A stretch of 64,000 bases of DNA, taken from sequence record NC_016163.1; one strand, 5' to 3'. Shown here piece after piece: positions 1 through 9,416 of the stretch. The notes below the pieces were generated by a model. The model saw only the letters and a program-made list of their open reading frames with translations, searched no databases and was not told the DNA's origin. Position 1 is the first letter of the stretch. The number at the start of each line of letters is the position of its first letter. The position numbers and the translations under genes were made by a program.

Positions 1-2
1 CA

Positions 3-458
3 GTATTATTCTTTGGTAGGCAGCCTAGAAATGTATCGTTTGATAAAGTACTATTTACTAAACGAGGATCTTTCACCAGCTATCTTAAATTAGGAAGAAT
101 TGAATTCCTTCTTAATGGTAAAACTGGAGAAAAGCTAATTAAAGGTATTGCAATCGATGATTATACTGAAACATTACTAGAAGAAGTATTTACGGTAATG
201 AAAATGGCTGAATTCGGTGGTAAGAAATCTGTAATAGATTATCTTATAGAACTAAGACAAGCTTATGTAAATTTAGATTTAACCGATAACTATTATAAAG
301 AATTATCCCCTTTAGGTAGAGGTTATTTACTTAAAGAAGGATATAAATTCAATAATGTCTATATTAACGAAATGGATGATGAGATGGATATCTCCGATAT
401 AGATATAGTTTATAATTATAAAAATTTTATCATTCCATTATGCGATATATTCGTGTAA
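3..458 (+). CDS. hypothetical protein, 5'-truncated by window edge
   Basis: Frame of ORF 198..458 is open back to position 3; followed by a hairpin terminator at 465-509. Confidence 0.7.
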   Translation, partial: VLFFGRQPRNVSFDKVLFTKRGSFTSYLKLGRIEFLLNGKTGEKLIKGIAIDDYTETLLEEVFTVMKMAEFGGKKSVIDYLIELRQAYVNLDLTDNYYKELSPLGRGYLLKEGYKFNNVYINEMDDEMDISDIDIVYNYKNFIIPLCDIFV

Positions 459-464
459 TAAAAT

Positions 465-509
465 TCCCTATACCTTCATAAAGAGGGTATAGGGAGTTAT
501 TTTTTTTTT
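465..509. terminator. intrinsic terminator between convergent genes
   Basis: TCCCTATACC..GGTATAGGGA stem followed by a T run. Confidence 0.85.
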
Positions 510-873
510 ATTCTTCTACTTCATCAATAGTTACTTCAGTACCAATAATCGATTTATTGATTTTGATCCCTTTAGTAATAAGATTTTTAGAGATTACTTC
601 AGAAATAGTAAGAACTAACCCATCTTTATCCATATATCGTAAGATTAAATCGATATATTCATCAGATAATTTAGATATAATAGATTTGGCTGATTTAGAA
701 ATAAGGTCAGAAATGTAAACCTCACTAATATTCATGCTATTACTATTCATCATATCTAATTCCCAATCAGCATTTTCTGACTCTAATTTGATTAGAAAGA
801 AAAGTAAAGCGAAATCTTTCTCGAAATTAGGTGTAAAAGCTGGTTTTAGTACAACTTTACGTCTCCAGAACAT
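508..873 (-). CDS. hypothetical protein
   Basis: 121 aa ORF, stop/start overlap with upstream gene. Confidence 0.75.
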   Translation of the reverse strand: MFWRRKVVLKPAFTPNFEKDFALLFFLIKLESENADWELDMMNSNSMNISEVYISDLISKSAKSIISKLSDEYIDLILRYMDKDGLVLTISEVISKNLITKGIKINKSIIGTEVTIDEVEE

Positions 874-1760
874 TATTCATCATCCTCAAGCTGTTCAGAC
901 AAAGATTTGTTTTTCTTTTTAGGAGGTTTAGGAATTTTGACAGATTTCTTAGGAATAATCACTTCTTCCTCGTCATCTTCATCGTCCTCTTCTACTTCTT
1001 CAATATCATTAACAGAGCCTTCTGTACTAGAAGGTTTTTTGGCATCAATAATATTAACTTCTTCATCATCTATTTTCTCTATTTCTGGTAGAAGAACCTG
1101 ATCATAATCAGCTTCATCATATTCATCATAGAGTTCAGGATTAATAACAGTTAAATTCTTTCTAGCATTTTCTATAGTTATTTCACTAGTATTTTTAAGC
1201 CTAGTGATTTTTTCTAAATGCTCATCCGTTAGATAAGCTTTATGATCTTGTGCAAAAGCATCATACTTACCAAATACATCACTATTCTTAATAAAATACT
1301 TTCCAGCATGCATCATTTGATGCGCAGTAACAGTTAAAGGTACTAAACCTACTTTATTAGAAAAATGTAAATCCATTACTTCATTAGCTATGCTAAATCT
1401 AGTAAATGGTCTATCCAAAGTAAGATATTTAGTTAAAATTACATCCACTATATCATATAAAGTAAATGGCATATGGTGCATTTCAATTTTTAATGCTGAT
1501 GCAACTTCTTCTGGAATTCTATCAAACAAAGTACAATAGGTTAAATTAACTTCATTTCTCAAGTACCCGATATAGTTTCTATATTCTATAGAAGTGCGTA
1601 TAATTCGTTCAATACTTTTGATGAATTTTTCTTTATTCTTTTCATTGGTGAGAAGTTCTAAATCATTATAAAATGATTTACTCCTATATAAATTAAATAA
1701 TGGCTTAAATTGCTTTTCTTTTTGTTTAGCTTTATTAACTCGTATTCCTATAGTACCCAT
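873..1760 (-). CDS. HNH-like fold protein with acidic/basic tail; paralog of 3134..3811
   Basis: EMHHMPFTLYDIV...VGLVPLTVTAHQMMH matches QLHHFPFNLYTIC...IGLVPLTVTMHQLAH in 3134..3811. Confidence 0.65.
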   Translation of the reverse strand: MGTIGIRVNKAKQKEKQFKPLFNLYRSKSFYNDLELLTNEKNKEKFIKSIERIIRTSIEYRNYIGYLRNEVNLTYCTLFDRIPEEVASALKIEMHHMPFTLYDIVDVILTKYLTLDRPFTRFSIANEVMDLHFSNKVGLVPLTVTAHQMMHAGKYFIKNSDVFGKYDAFAQDHKAYLTDEHLEKITRLKNTSEITIENARKNLTVINPELYDEYDEADYDQVLLPEIEKIDDEEVNIIDAKKPSSTEGSVNDIEEVEEDDEDDEEEVIIPKKSVKIPKPPKKKNKSLSEQLEDDE

Positions 1761-1761
1761 A

Positions 1762-2280
1762 TCAAGACCTATCTGCTATAGCTTTCTGTAATAACCTAAC
1801 ATTCTTATCTAAATTAGTTAGGACATCCAAAGAATAAACAAATTCATCACTATTTCCACTAGCTAGGTTGACTTTCACATTAATATTAAAAGACTGTCTA
1901 GTGGGATTTGGAGGAGTATAGTTGTATACTTGATTTTCTTTACCTGATGGTAAATCTTCCCATTTTGTTATGTGATGAACAGTATCCTTAACTATATTCT
2001 TGTATGAGATTTTTAATTCAAATAAACCTACAAAATCATTTGAAGAAAGCTCTACGGAAGTTGAAGTAATTTTTACATTAAGGAATTCTTCTAATTTACC
2101 ATTTACAATACATTCATAGGAAGTAACGGTATCTGTAGTAGTGGTTACGGCTCCGGTAATAGGGTCTGTAGTTTCCACTGGAAGGGGTATAAAGGAAATA
2201 CTAGTAACTGGCATTACTGCATCTTCATAGTAGTTTCCGAGTTTTGCAGTTGTCGGATTCCAAGTACCTAATTCACTCAT
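1762..2280 (-). CDS. hypothetical, probably virion-associated protein
   Basis: 172 aa T/V-rich beta-type ORF in a minus-strand operon. Confidence 0.6.
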   Translation of the reverse strand: MSELGTWNPTTAKLGNYYEDAVMPVTSISFIPLPVETTDPITGAVTTTTDTVTSYECIVNGKLEEFLNVKITSTSVELSSNDFVGLFELKISYKNIVKDTVHHITKWEDLPSGKENQVYNYTPPNPTRQSFNINVKVNLASGNSDEFVYSLDVLTNLDKNVRLLQKAIADRS

Positions 2281-2336
2281 GTTTCCACCAAAAAAGTTAA
2301 AAATACCCTATACTATTCAATAGTATAGGGTACTAG

Positions 2337-2693
2337 TTATTTCAAGAATTTTAGTCTATAGACTGCTCTTTGGAGGCGGGTTTCCAAGTTGTCTATTAAA
2401 CTATTAACACCTTTACTTACAGGGAAGGATTCTCTTTCTTTTTTAATATAAGATAGAAAATCACTTATGAAAGTAAGTGCATTTTTACCTGCTAAGTCTA
2501 CTTCTTTTATTGAACTAGGTACAATCAGTTGACCTATATCACCTTGATGACATTCAATAATATCATCTATATCATCACCTAATTCATTATATAAAGTTTC
2601 TAGGGCTTTATGTTCAGAATATGATTGAGAAGATAGGTGCAACATATGTACTGCAGTTCTAACCATAAATAGACTTTTTATAAAGTCTTCCAT
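2337..2693 (-). CDS. ferritin/Dps-like four-helix protein (DUF5856-like)
   Basis: HMLHL-x4-YSEHKALETLYNELGDDIDDIIECHQG...YRLKFL, characteristic of this phage family. Confidence 0.7.
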   Translation of the reverse strand: MEDFIKSLFMVRTAVHMLHLSSQSYSEHKALETLYNELGDDIDDIIECHQGDIGQLIVPSSIKEVDLAGKNALTFISDFLSYIKKERESFPVSKGVNSLIDNLETRLQRAVYRLKFLK

Positions 2694-2702
2694 AGCTAAA
2701 CC

Positions 2703-3092
2703 TTATTTAAGAGAAGCTTTCTTTTTAACTGCAATAGATTTTACTGCTTCAAGTTGAGACTTGAAGGTTTTTAGTAAACCTTTAGCTTTATTTTCGCCTT
2801 GAATGAAATGCGATGCACCCATACCAACAAGACCACCCATAAAATTAGAAATAAAAAGATCTACAAATTTTCTACCAATATCGCCTTTAATTCTTGATTC
2901 GGTAGCATTAAGATAATCATCAATATCTGAAATAATTTCAGTGATTCTAGACTTAGAATCAGCATTAGCAATATCTTTTTTCAAAGTACTAATAACGGTA
3001 TCAGATTTACCAGTAAAGACTAATTTAAGTGCTTCAAGAGGTCTAAAATCTTCTTGCAACAATTCTTCCACTAATACATTATCACCTAACAT
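2703..3092 (-). CDS. hypothetical protein
   Basis: 129 aa ORF with AAGGG RBS. Confidence 0.75.
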   Translation of the reverse strand: MLGDNVLVEELLQEDFRPLEALKLVFTGKSDTVISTLKKDIANADSKSRITEIISDIDDYLNATESRIKGDIGRKFVDLFISNFMGGLVGMGASHFIQGENKAKGLLKTFKSQLEAVKSIAVKKKASLK

Positions 3093-3133
3093 AAATTTCC
3101 CTTATGTAATTTTACTATAAAAATTTATACTAA

Positions 3134-3811
3134 TTAAGTGTTATCTTTAGGAGATTCTTTATACTCAAGTACTTTCAAGAAATCACCTTTTACGAGGGAT
3201 TTTCTTTCTACCAATTGACGGACTATTTCTATATCAAAATCTGAGAAATAATCAGTATATTCTTTATAAAACTGCTCCCAATTACCAAATATTTGCTTTC
3301 TGGTAATATTTAGTCTATTAAGGTGAGCTAATTGGTGCATGGTCACAGTTAATGGAACCAAACCAATTTTACCAGAAAAGTGTTCCTGAAGTACTTTATC
3401 AGCAATAATAAAAGTGGATACTTTCTTATTATCTTCCATATACTTTTGTGTTACTACCGAACAAATAGTATATAAATTAAATGGAAAGTGATGTAATTGT
3501 ATTTCTGCATCAGAAGAAGAGATATTTTGAAAGAAAGCGTCACCGGATAATTGATCAATATCTCTTAATTCCTCAAGCCATAATTTATAATCATCATTAC
3601 TTCTTATAGCTTTTTCAACAGCTCTGATGAATTTACCATATGTTCGTTCATCAATATCTTGATCGAGATACATAGTAAGGGAATATTCCTGATTCTTTCC
3701 CAATATCTCTATATTATCATCATCTGGTTCTAGATTATCTACTTCTACATCTAGAACTCTAATATCATCTTGTGATATTTCTATATCTTCTTTTTGCTTC
3801 TTTTTAGCCAT
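3134..3811 (-). CDS. HNH-like fold protein; paralog of 873..1760
   Basis: Shared HH-PF-LY and GLVPLTVT-HQ--H motifs. Confidence 0.65.
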   Translation of the reverse strand: MAKKKQKEDIEISQDDIRVLDVEVDNLEPDDDNIEILGKNQEYSLTMYLDQDIDERTYGKFIRAVEKAIRSNDDYKLWLEELRDIDQLSGDAFFQNISSSDAEIQLHHFPFNLYTICSVVTQKYMEDNKKVSTFIIADKVLQEHFSGKIGLVPLTVTMHQLAHLNRLNITRKQIFGNWEQFYKEYTDYFSDFDIEIVRQLVERKSLVKGDFLKVLEYKESPKDNT

Positions 3812-3833
3812 AATTTATAATTCCTTTTTTACA

Positions 3834-3932
3834 AATATATTATTTTAATGTAATCTAATAGACTTGTTGAAATGTATAAAAGATTTAGAAGTGTAATTAA
3901 TGTGCTTTCATTAATATATTATTTACATGTAA
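3834..3932 (+). promoter_or_regulatory. tandem early-type promoter motifs
   Basis: AATATATTATT-N4-TGTAA at 3834-3853 and again at 3913-3932, upstream of ORF 4020. Confidence 0.6.
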
Positions 3933-4019
3933 TTGCTAATTCTTTGGAAATTAGAATGTTAGGCAATTCCATTTCAATAAAGTTAACTAACGTTAATCTG
4001 ATAATAAGAGGATAAAGAC

Positions 4020-5009
4020 ATGCTTAAAGTTGTAGCTCATGGTGGCGATTTATCTACTGAAGAACGTGATGAAATTAACGAAGCTGCGGAAGGAAACTGT
4101 GTCTTCATTGAAGGCTTTAAGCCAGCTAATGAATATCGTGAATCCCCGTATCTTCCTCGTTATGTTTACGATATCCTTAATCGGGTATTGGATAACGGTA
4201 TTAATCACCACAACGCGCATACTATTCACCGCGCACATGAACTTCAACTACCTATTCAGGTAGTTCCAACTAAGTTCACTTCAGGTAAAGATGTTGGTTG
4301 TACTTTGCTTTTTCTGGAAATTCATGCACAGTTTAATTTGTTATACGGGCTGATCGATAACGGTGAAGCTGATTTTGAATTCCATATTCTCAATGTGGAA
4401 CGAGCACCATTAACTATTAAACGTTATATTAAAGGCTTTGAAAAAATGCCTAATGTAGTGGTGGAATTCCAGAACTTTAGTGAAGCTGCTAAAATTCATA
4501 AGATCTTACCTATGGATGAAGGTAACAATATTGATGTTCAGAACGTATTTGATAAAGTACGCCATGATCGCCTTTCCCGTATTAAAGAGGAAGCTGAAAA
4601 CGAAGGAATTCGTCTCACTCCATTTAATCGGGCTGGCAATGAAATGATCACCCAACGTCCAGAAGGTAATCATATCATTGCTGACCGTGTTAACGGACTT
4701 TCTGAGGAAGATCAAGCTAAGCTTGACCAAATCATTAAAAAGGGTAATTCACACAAGCGCGTAACTCGTAAAGCTTCTCAACAAGAAGTGGCTGAAGATA
4801 ACGAGCAGGATATTCAGGTAGACCTGCTAGAAAAAGGTGGAGAAGAACCACCAGTAGCACCTGCTAAAAAGAATAAACGTGTCACAAAGAAAAGTGACGT
4901 CGAAGAAGTAGTTGAAGCTCCAGCTAAGAAGAAGGTTAAGAAAACTTCTACTACTGCTGAAAAGCCAGCTACCGCTGCGAAAAAAACTAAGAAGGTTGAA
5001 AAACAATGA
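4020..5009 (+). CDS. hypothetical early protein with Lys/Ala/Glu low-complexity (histone H1-like) tail
   Basis: 329 aa, AGAGG RBS; tail PAKKNKRVTKK..PAKKKVKKT..AAKKTKK. Confidence 0.8.
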   Translation: MLKVVAHGGDLSTEERDEINEAAEGNCVFIEGFKPANEYRESPYLPRYVYDILNRVLDNGINHHNAHTIHRAHELQLPIQVVPTKFTSGKDVGCTLLFLEIHAQFNLLYGLIDNGEADFEFHILNVERAPLTIKRYIKGFEKMPNVVVEFQNFSEAAKIHKILPMDEGNNIDVQNVFDKVRHDRLSRIKEEAENEGIRLTPFNRAGNEMITQRPEGNHIIADRVNGLSEEDQAKLDQIIKKGNSHKRVTRKASQQEVAEDNEQDIQVDLLEKGGEEPPVAPAKKNKRVTKKSDVEEVVEAPAKKKVKKTSTTAEKPATAAKKTKKVEKQ

Positions 5010-5302
5010 TTGTACCAATTATCATTCATCCAAATGAAACTAATGATTCATTTGGCGTTTCTGTTCCAGGTCTCAAGGGCTGTTTTTCAGCTGGAGATAC
5101 TTTGGAAGAAGCTACACAAAATGTTGCTGAAGCGTTAGATCTTTATGTAGAACATTGTCATGAAGAAGAAATTAACGTTAATGGTAATGGTAAAGTGATG
5201 ATTAATACTAATATTGAACACGCCTTTGATCAATCTGAAGGCGGTATCGTTGTTTGTATTATGTATGAAAATGACGATGCGGTTTCGGTAGATATTAGTT
5301 AA
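5006..5302 (+). CDS. hicB: HicB-family antitoxin (N-terminal domain only, orphan)
   Basis: FGVSVPGLKGCFSAGDTLEEATQNVAEALDLY is the HicB alpha/beta signature; ATGA overlap with 4020 gene. Confidence 0.85.
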   Translation: MIVPIIIHPNETNDSFGVSVPGLKGCFSAGDTLEEATQNVAEALDLYVEHCHEEEINVNGNGKVMINTNIEHAFDQSEGGIVVCIMYENDDAVSVDIS

Positions 5303-5310
5303 TTTTACCA

Positions 5311-5347
5311 ATCTAGGGGAAAGGATTATCCCCTAGATTTTTTTTTT
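5311..5347. terminator. bidirectional intrinsic terminator
   Basis: ATCTAGGGGA..TCCCCTAGAT stem plus T run between convergent genes. Confidence 0.85.
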
Positions 5348-5348
5348 A

Positions 5349-6215
5349 TTAGTTTATCATTACATTTGAACCTTGATGAACTATCTTAGCGCCACTACTA
5401 TTTTGAGTGGTTACAGTACCAGCTCCATCATCCATTACAGTAGAATTACCGCCACTAGTCTGAATAGTAATTTTTTTCTCTTTGTCATCCAATCTAGATA
5501 CATGGCCACCTGTAGTTTTAACTTCAATAAATTGCTCTTTATCAGATAAAACTACATGATTATCTTTCTCAGTCTTCATCTGCACATATTGATTAAGCTC
5601 ATCAATATTCAGTAAAAACCCTTTAGGTGTAGTAGCTATAATAGATTTCTTACCAGCATTACCAGCGATAGTAAATTCAAAACCATCTGATGTTTTAATA
5701 CCGTACTCTCTAGTTCCACCATTTTCATTATAATAGATAGTGGTTCCATCAGCAAATGATTCAATCACATGAACGTTTGGTTTATTGCTTGGGTTAAACG
5801 AATCAGATGCCATATTAATAGTATCTTGAGAAACTGTTTCGCCATTTAATGTAGGTCTATATGGTAAATAATACCCTTTTTTTGGATCACCGTCTTCAAA
5901 TTCAACCCATACGTTAGCCCCTAAATATGGAACCCTACTATTACCGCTAGAGTTTACTGTAGGTCTTACCCATATGTAGTTAGATCTTTGTAAACTGGTA
6001 TTAATCATAGATGTAATTTCTGGGTTCGCTATACCAGACGTACCAGTAGTTTCAACTTTGTCCTTTTTAGCGGGTTTGTTAGGGTCTTCAAATGGCATAA
6101 GCGATGGAATAACTACACCAATTCGACTTTCACCTTTAGGGTCTTCTCTTACAACCACAACCCCTCTTTTTCTACCCTCGTAGCTTATTTCCTGATATTG
6201 TTTTGATAGGTTCAT
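5349..6215 (-). CDS. baseplate spike/hub protein (gp5/VgrG-like OB fold plus beta-strand repeats)
   Basis: RGVVVVREDPKGESRIGV..WVRP..VPYLGANVWVEFEDGDP OB-fold motif; C-terminal short beta repeats. Confidence 0.8.
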   Translation of the reverse strand: MNLSKQYQEISYEGRKRGVVVVREDPKGESRIGVVIPSLMPFEDPNKPAKKDKVETTGTSGIANPEITSMINTSLQRSNYIWVRPTVNSSGNSRVPYLGANVWVEFEDGDPKKGYYLPYRPTLNGETVSQDTINMASDSFNPSNKPNVHVIESFADGTTIYYNENGGTREYGIKTSDGFEFTIAGNAGKKSIIATTPKGFLLNIDELNQYVQMKTEKDNHVVLSDKEQFIEVKTTGGHVSRLDDKEKKITIQTSGGNSTVMDDGAGTVTTQNSSGAKIVHQGSNVMIN

Positions 6216-6293
6216 ATAAAAACTCCTTATAGTTTAACAATTATTTGTTGTAAGTATAATATTTTATATACTAGTTATTGATATATTATATTA

Positions 6294-7757
6294 TTGATAG
6301 CTATTTTGTCTGAAAGGAATATTATGGTATTCAAAAAACTAAAAAGTGCTATAGATAAAAAGAAGGAAGATACAGTCAAACCTGAGAACAGGAATGAAGA
6401 ACTTATTTCAGTAAATGATTCTGACAGTTATGGTGCATGGACAGATAAAGGTTTTGACATATCCACTGTACCTAATGTAGCCAACAAACCTGTAAGTGCT
6501 GAAGATATTGAAGGAATTCCCAGAGAATGTTCTGGTATACCTTATCCCTTGAGTAATGAACAGTATAGAGCTGTCAAGAATATCATTAAATGGATTAATG
6601 ATGTATCAAGTTATCTTAGTACTTCATATGATTATGAAGCTCCATTTAGAAGACTAGCTGGCTATGCTGGTACTGGTAAGACTGCTTGTATTTCATATTT
6701 ACTTACTGAGGGTTATAAATATTTTCCTTCATATATGAGAGAAAAAGAAATTGCAGTATGTACCTTTACATGGAAAGCCGCATTAGTTCTTCAATCTAGA
6801 GGGATTGATAAAGCATCTAGTATTCATGGATTACTTTATAAACCTCAAGAAAACGATAAAGGTGAATTATACTTTGTTAGACGTGATAAATTCGAAGTCA
6901 TGTCAGCATATAGTATGATTGTAGTTGATGAAGCATCAATGGTTGATCGTAAGATGCGAAAAGATATTCAATCTTATGGAATACCAGTACTTTATGTAGG
7001 TGATAAAGGTCAACTTCCGCCAATTTCTAATAACCCTGCTGATGCATTAATTGATAATAATTTTATGGCTGAAGCAGAGGATTCTCTAGAAGAAATCAAC
7101 CGTCAGGCTAAAGATTCTCCTATCATTCGTTTGTCTATGGATATCCGTAATGGTAAAAGAGTAAACTATGGTAAGTACGGTAAAGGCGTATTTAAAATAA
7201 CTGAAGATGAATTAATTGAAGATCAAAATGATCTTCTTCCTATGATGTCTCAAATTATATGCGGTACCAATGATTGTCGTAGAGCCGCTAATAGCTTTAT
7301 GCGCCGATTATATGGCTATAATCGTAAACGTATGCCAGTAAAAGGTGAAAAACTTATAGGTCTTTCCAATGTTTTAGATAAGGGTTTATATAATGGTCAA
7401 GCATGGTTATGTGATGACGAGGATGCAAGTTCTTACTCACTATCTGATAGTAAGAACGTAAGTCTTTCTTTAGCTTCTCCAGATAACTCGGATAGACGTC
7501 TTATACATTGTATTTTTCCAGAAGATAATCTATTTAAATCTGAAAGAATGTCTGAAGCTCAGATTTTTAAATATTTAAAAGATATGGAAATCTACTCAGT
7601 TGATTTCGGATACTGTATTACTTGCCATAAATCACAGGGTTCATCCTTTGATAAGGTACTGGTATTTGAAGAAAAGATTGGAGATCGTGACTTCCATAAA
7701 AAATGGCTGTATACCAGTGTAACTCGTGCTGTATCAAAGCTAGTCATTGTGAGTTAA
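6294..7757 (+). CDS. SF1B ATP-dependent DNA helicase (Dda/RecD2-like); true start probably ATG 6324
   Basis: GYAGTGKT, VDEASMV, VGDKGQLPPI, YCITCHKSQGS, WLYTSVTRA. Confidence 0.9.
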   Translation: MIAILSERNIMVFKKLKSAIDKKKEDTVKPENRNEELISVNDSDSYGAWTDKGFDISTVPNVANKPVSAEDIEGIPRECSGIPYPLSNEQYRAVKNIIKWINDVSSYLSTSYDYEAPFRRLAGYAGTGKTACISYLLTEGYKYFPSYMREKEIAVCTFTWKAALVLQSRGIDKASSIHGLLYKPQENDKGELYFVRRDKFEVMSAYSMIVVDEASMVDRKMRKDIQSYGIPVLYVGDKGQLPPISNNPADALIDNNFMAEAEDSLEEINRQAKDSPIIRLSMDIRNGKRVNYGKYGKGVFKITEDELIEDQNDLLPMMSQIICGTNDCRRAANSFMRRLYGYNRKRMPVKGEKLIGLSNVLDKGLYNGQAWLCDDEDASSYSLSDSKNVSLSLASPDNSDRRLIHCIFPEDNLFKSERMSEAQIFKYLKDMEIYSVDFGYCITCHKSQGSSFDKVLVFEEKIGDRDFHKKWLYTSVTRAVSKLVIVS

Positions 7758-7759
7758 GT

Positions 7760-8437
7760 ATGAATAGTAAGGAATTTGATAAAATATTAAGAGAAAAATA
7801 TAATCTCTTAGAATTTGAAGAATTGTCTGAGCTGACTGGTAAAGCTGTAAATACTGTTCAGAAAAGGATAAAGCTTCTTGGTTTAGAACCGGATTATACT
7901 TTAAGACATAATCTGAAAAAATTCAAGCCCGTAATTTATAATGATATCATTTATAATAGATATCTGATAAGTAGAAAAGGGATTATACTAGATCTAAATA
8001 ATAGAGGTAAAACGATTAAATATCGTATCAACTCTGGCGGTTATTATGTTTTTAATATAAAAGATAATGGAAAATTAAAAACCTTATTTTTACATAAGGT
8101 GATTGCTGAAGTCTATAAACCTAACCCTAAGCCGGGAATCTATAATACAGTCAATCATAAATCTGGAATTAAAACTGATTTCGATTTAGATAACTTAGAA
8201 TGGACTACCCGTAAAGGTAATACTGATCATGCCTATGAAACCGGACTTATGGATTCTAAGATAGGTGAGAAAAGTAATTTTTCCAAATTCTCTAATGAAG
8301 AGATTAAGTTAGCTAAAAAACTTTTAGATCAATTTCCAGATATGTCTCCTTCAAAAATTAAGTCTACTTATAAACTTCCAATGTCGGCTAGTTATTTAAC
8401 CGATATACGTAATGGTAGAAGGGTCAAATATACATAG
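7760..8437 (+). CDS. free-standing HNH homing endonuclease
   Basis: LHKVIAEVY..VNHKSGIKTDFDLDNLEWTTRKGNTDHA HNH_3-type motif with HTH-like flanks; ATG at 7760 follows helicase stop. Confidence 0.85.
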   Translation: MNSKEFDKILREKYNLLEFEELSELTGKAVNTVQKRIKLLGLEPDYTLRHNLKKFKPVIYNDIIYNRYLISRKGIILDLNNRGKTIKYRINSGGYYVFNIKDNGKLKTLFLHKVIAEVYKPNPKPGIYNTVNHKSGIKTDFDLDNLEWTTRKGNTDHAYETGLMDSKIGEKSNFSKFSNEEIKLAKKLLDQFPDMSPSKIKSTYKLPMSASYLTDIRNGRRVKYT

Positions 8438-8464
8438 ATTAACTGTAATCGTAACTTAATCAAT

Positions 8465-8610
8465 GATATATTATTTATGTGAATTTGTGGTAAAATTCTG
8501 TTTTGTATTTTCCTATAGAATACATTTTAATTTCCCTTTGTGTCTGCGCCCAACGACGCAGTTTCTGGTACAATAAGGACTCTCCCTTATTGTACCATTT
8601 TTTTTTTTAT
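8465..8610 (+). ncRNA. candidate small non-coding RNA
   Basis: Early motif at 8465-8484, no RBS-led ORF, internal CTGCG/CGCAG hairpin, 12-bp terminator stem plus T run. Confidence 0.35.
8567..8610. terminator. intrinsic terminator
   Basis: GGTACAATAAGG-ACTCTC-CCTTATTGTACC followed by T run. Confidence 0.85.
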
Positions 8611-9401
8611 TTAGTTCTAGTCGGTTTGTAAGTACCGTTAGCCACATCTTTTAGATAAGGTTTATACTTAGTCGATCTAATATACATAATATTCTTAGGG
8701 TATTCTCTATTAATCTGGAAGAAGGATTTACCATAGCCTTTTACAGCTACCTTTGATTTAGTAGAATACTTTTCAATATTATTGAACCACAAGTCAGGAT
8801 TGCAACCCTTAGTATTTTTACAGATAGCTCTATCTTTTAGAATACCACCATAACCACCATTGTAGCAGCTGAACATCATAGCCATTCTATCTTCAGCCTT
8901 ACCAGCCCATTTTACCTGATTATAGCAAGTACGGTTCAATGTAAACATAGCAATAAACTGATAATATGGATCATAACGCTGAGACCATTCCCAATTCTTT
9001 AATTTAGCGTTCTGTTGTTTTAGACCAGTAAAGTTATTGAATTTAGAAGTGATAGTTATCTGAGGTATACCAAAACCATATTCTCTAGAGGTTTTAAGTT
9101 CTGTAGTAGGATTCCAGCACTTAGCTTTACTTGCACAAGATTCTTGTTCAGCTTGTCCAGCAAAATAATGAGAATTATGATTCATTGAAGGCCAATCATT
9201 AACAATGGCATCTTTAAATGATGGTAAAGACTGCTTAAACTTAGTATCATTAATAACATCATAAGCTCTAGCATTACTCAGCATAGAAAGAAAAAGCATT
9301 GCACAAGCTATTAGTGTAGTCTGTAAAAGTATTCTCCACCAATTTATTTTTTTCTTTTTCATTACTAATACCTTAAATTTAACGCTAAAAGGATTTTTCA
9401 C
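8607..9401 (-). CDS. SLT-family lytic transglycosylase endolysin with signal peptide (likely start 9362)
   Basis: AGQAEQES catalytic Glu, YGFGIPQIT, SCYNGGYG; N-terminus KKKK-hydrophobic-ARA. Confidence 0.8.
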   Translation of the reverse strand: MKNPFSVKFKVLVMKKKKINWWRILLQTTLIACAMLFLSMLSNARAYDVINDTKFKQSLPSFKDAIVNDWPSMNHNSHYFAGQAEQESCASKAKCWNPTTELKTSREYGFGIPQITITSKFNNFTGLKQQNAKLKNWEWSQRYDPYYQFIAMFTLNRTCYNQVKWAGKAEDRMAMMFSCYNGGYGGILKDRAICKNTKGCNPDLWFNNIEKYSTKSKVAVKGYGKSFFQINREYPKNIMYIRSTKYKPYLKDVANGTYKPTRTK

Positions 9402-9416
9402 CTTTTAGCGTTAGTT

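Noticed and set aside
3855-3868. Late promoter for ORF 3134..3811
   Set aside because: Spacer is 7 nt (AACA-N7-TAG), as also at about 29262; not counted among the exact motifs
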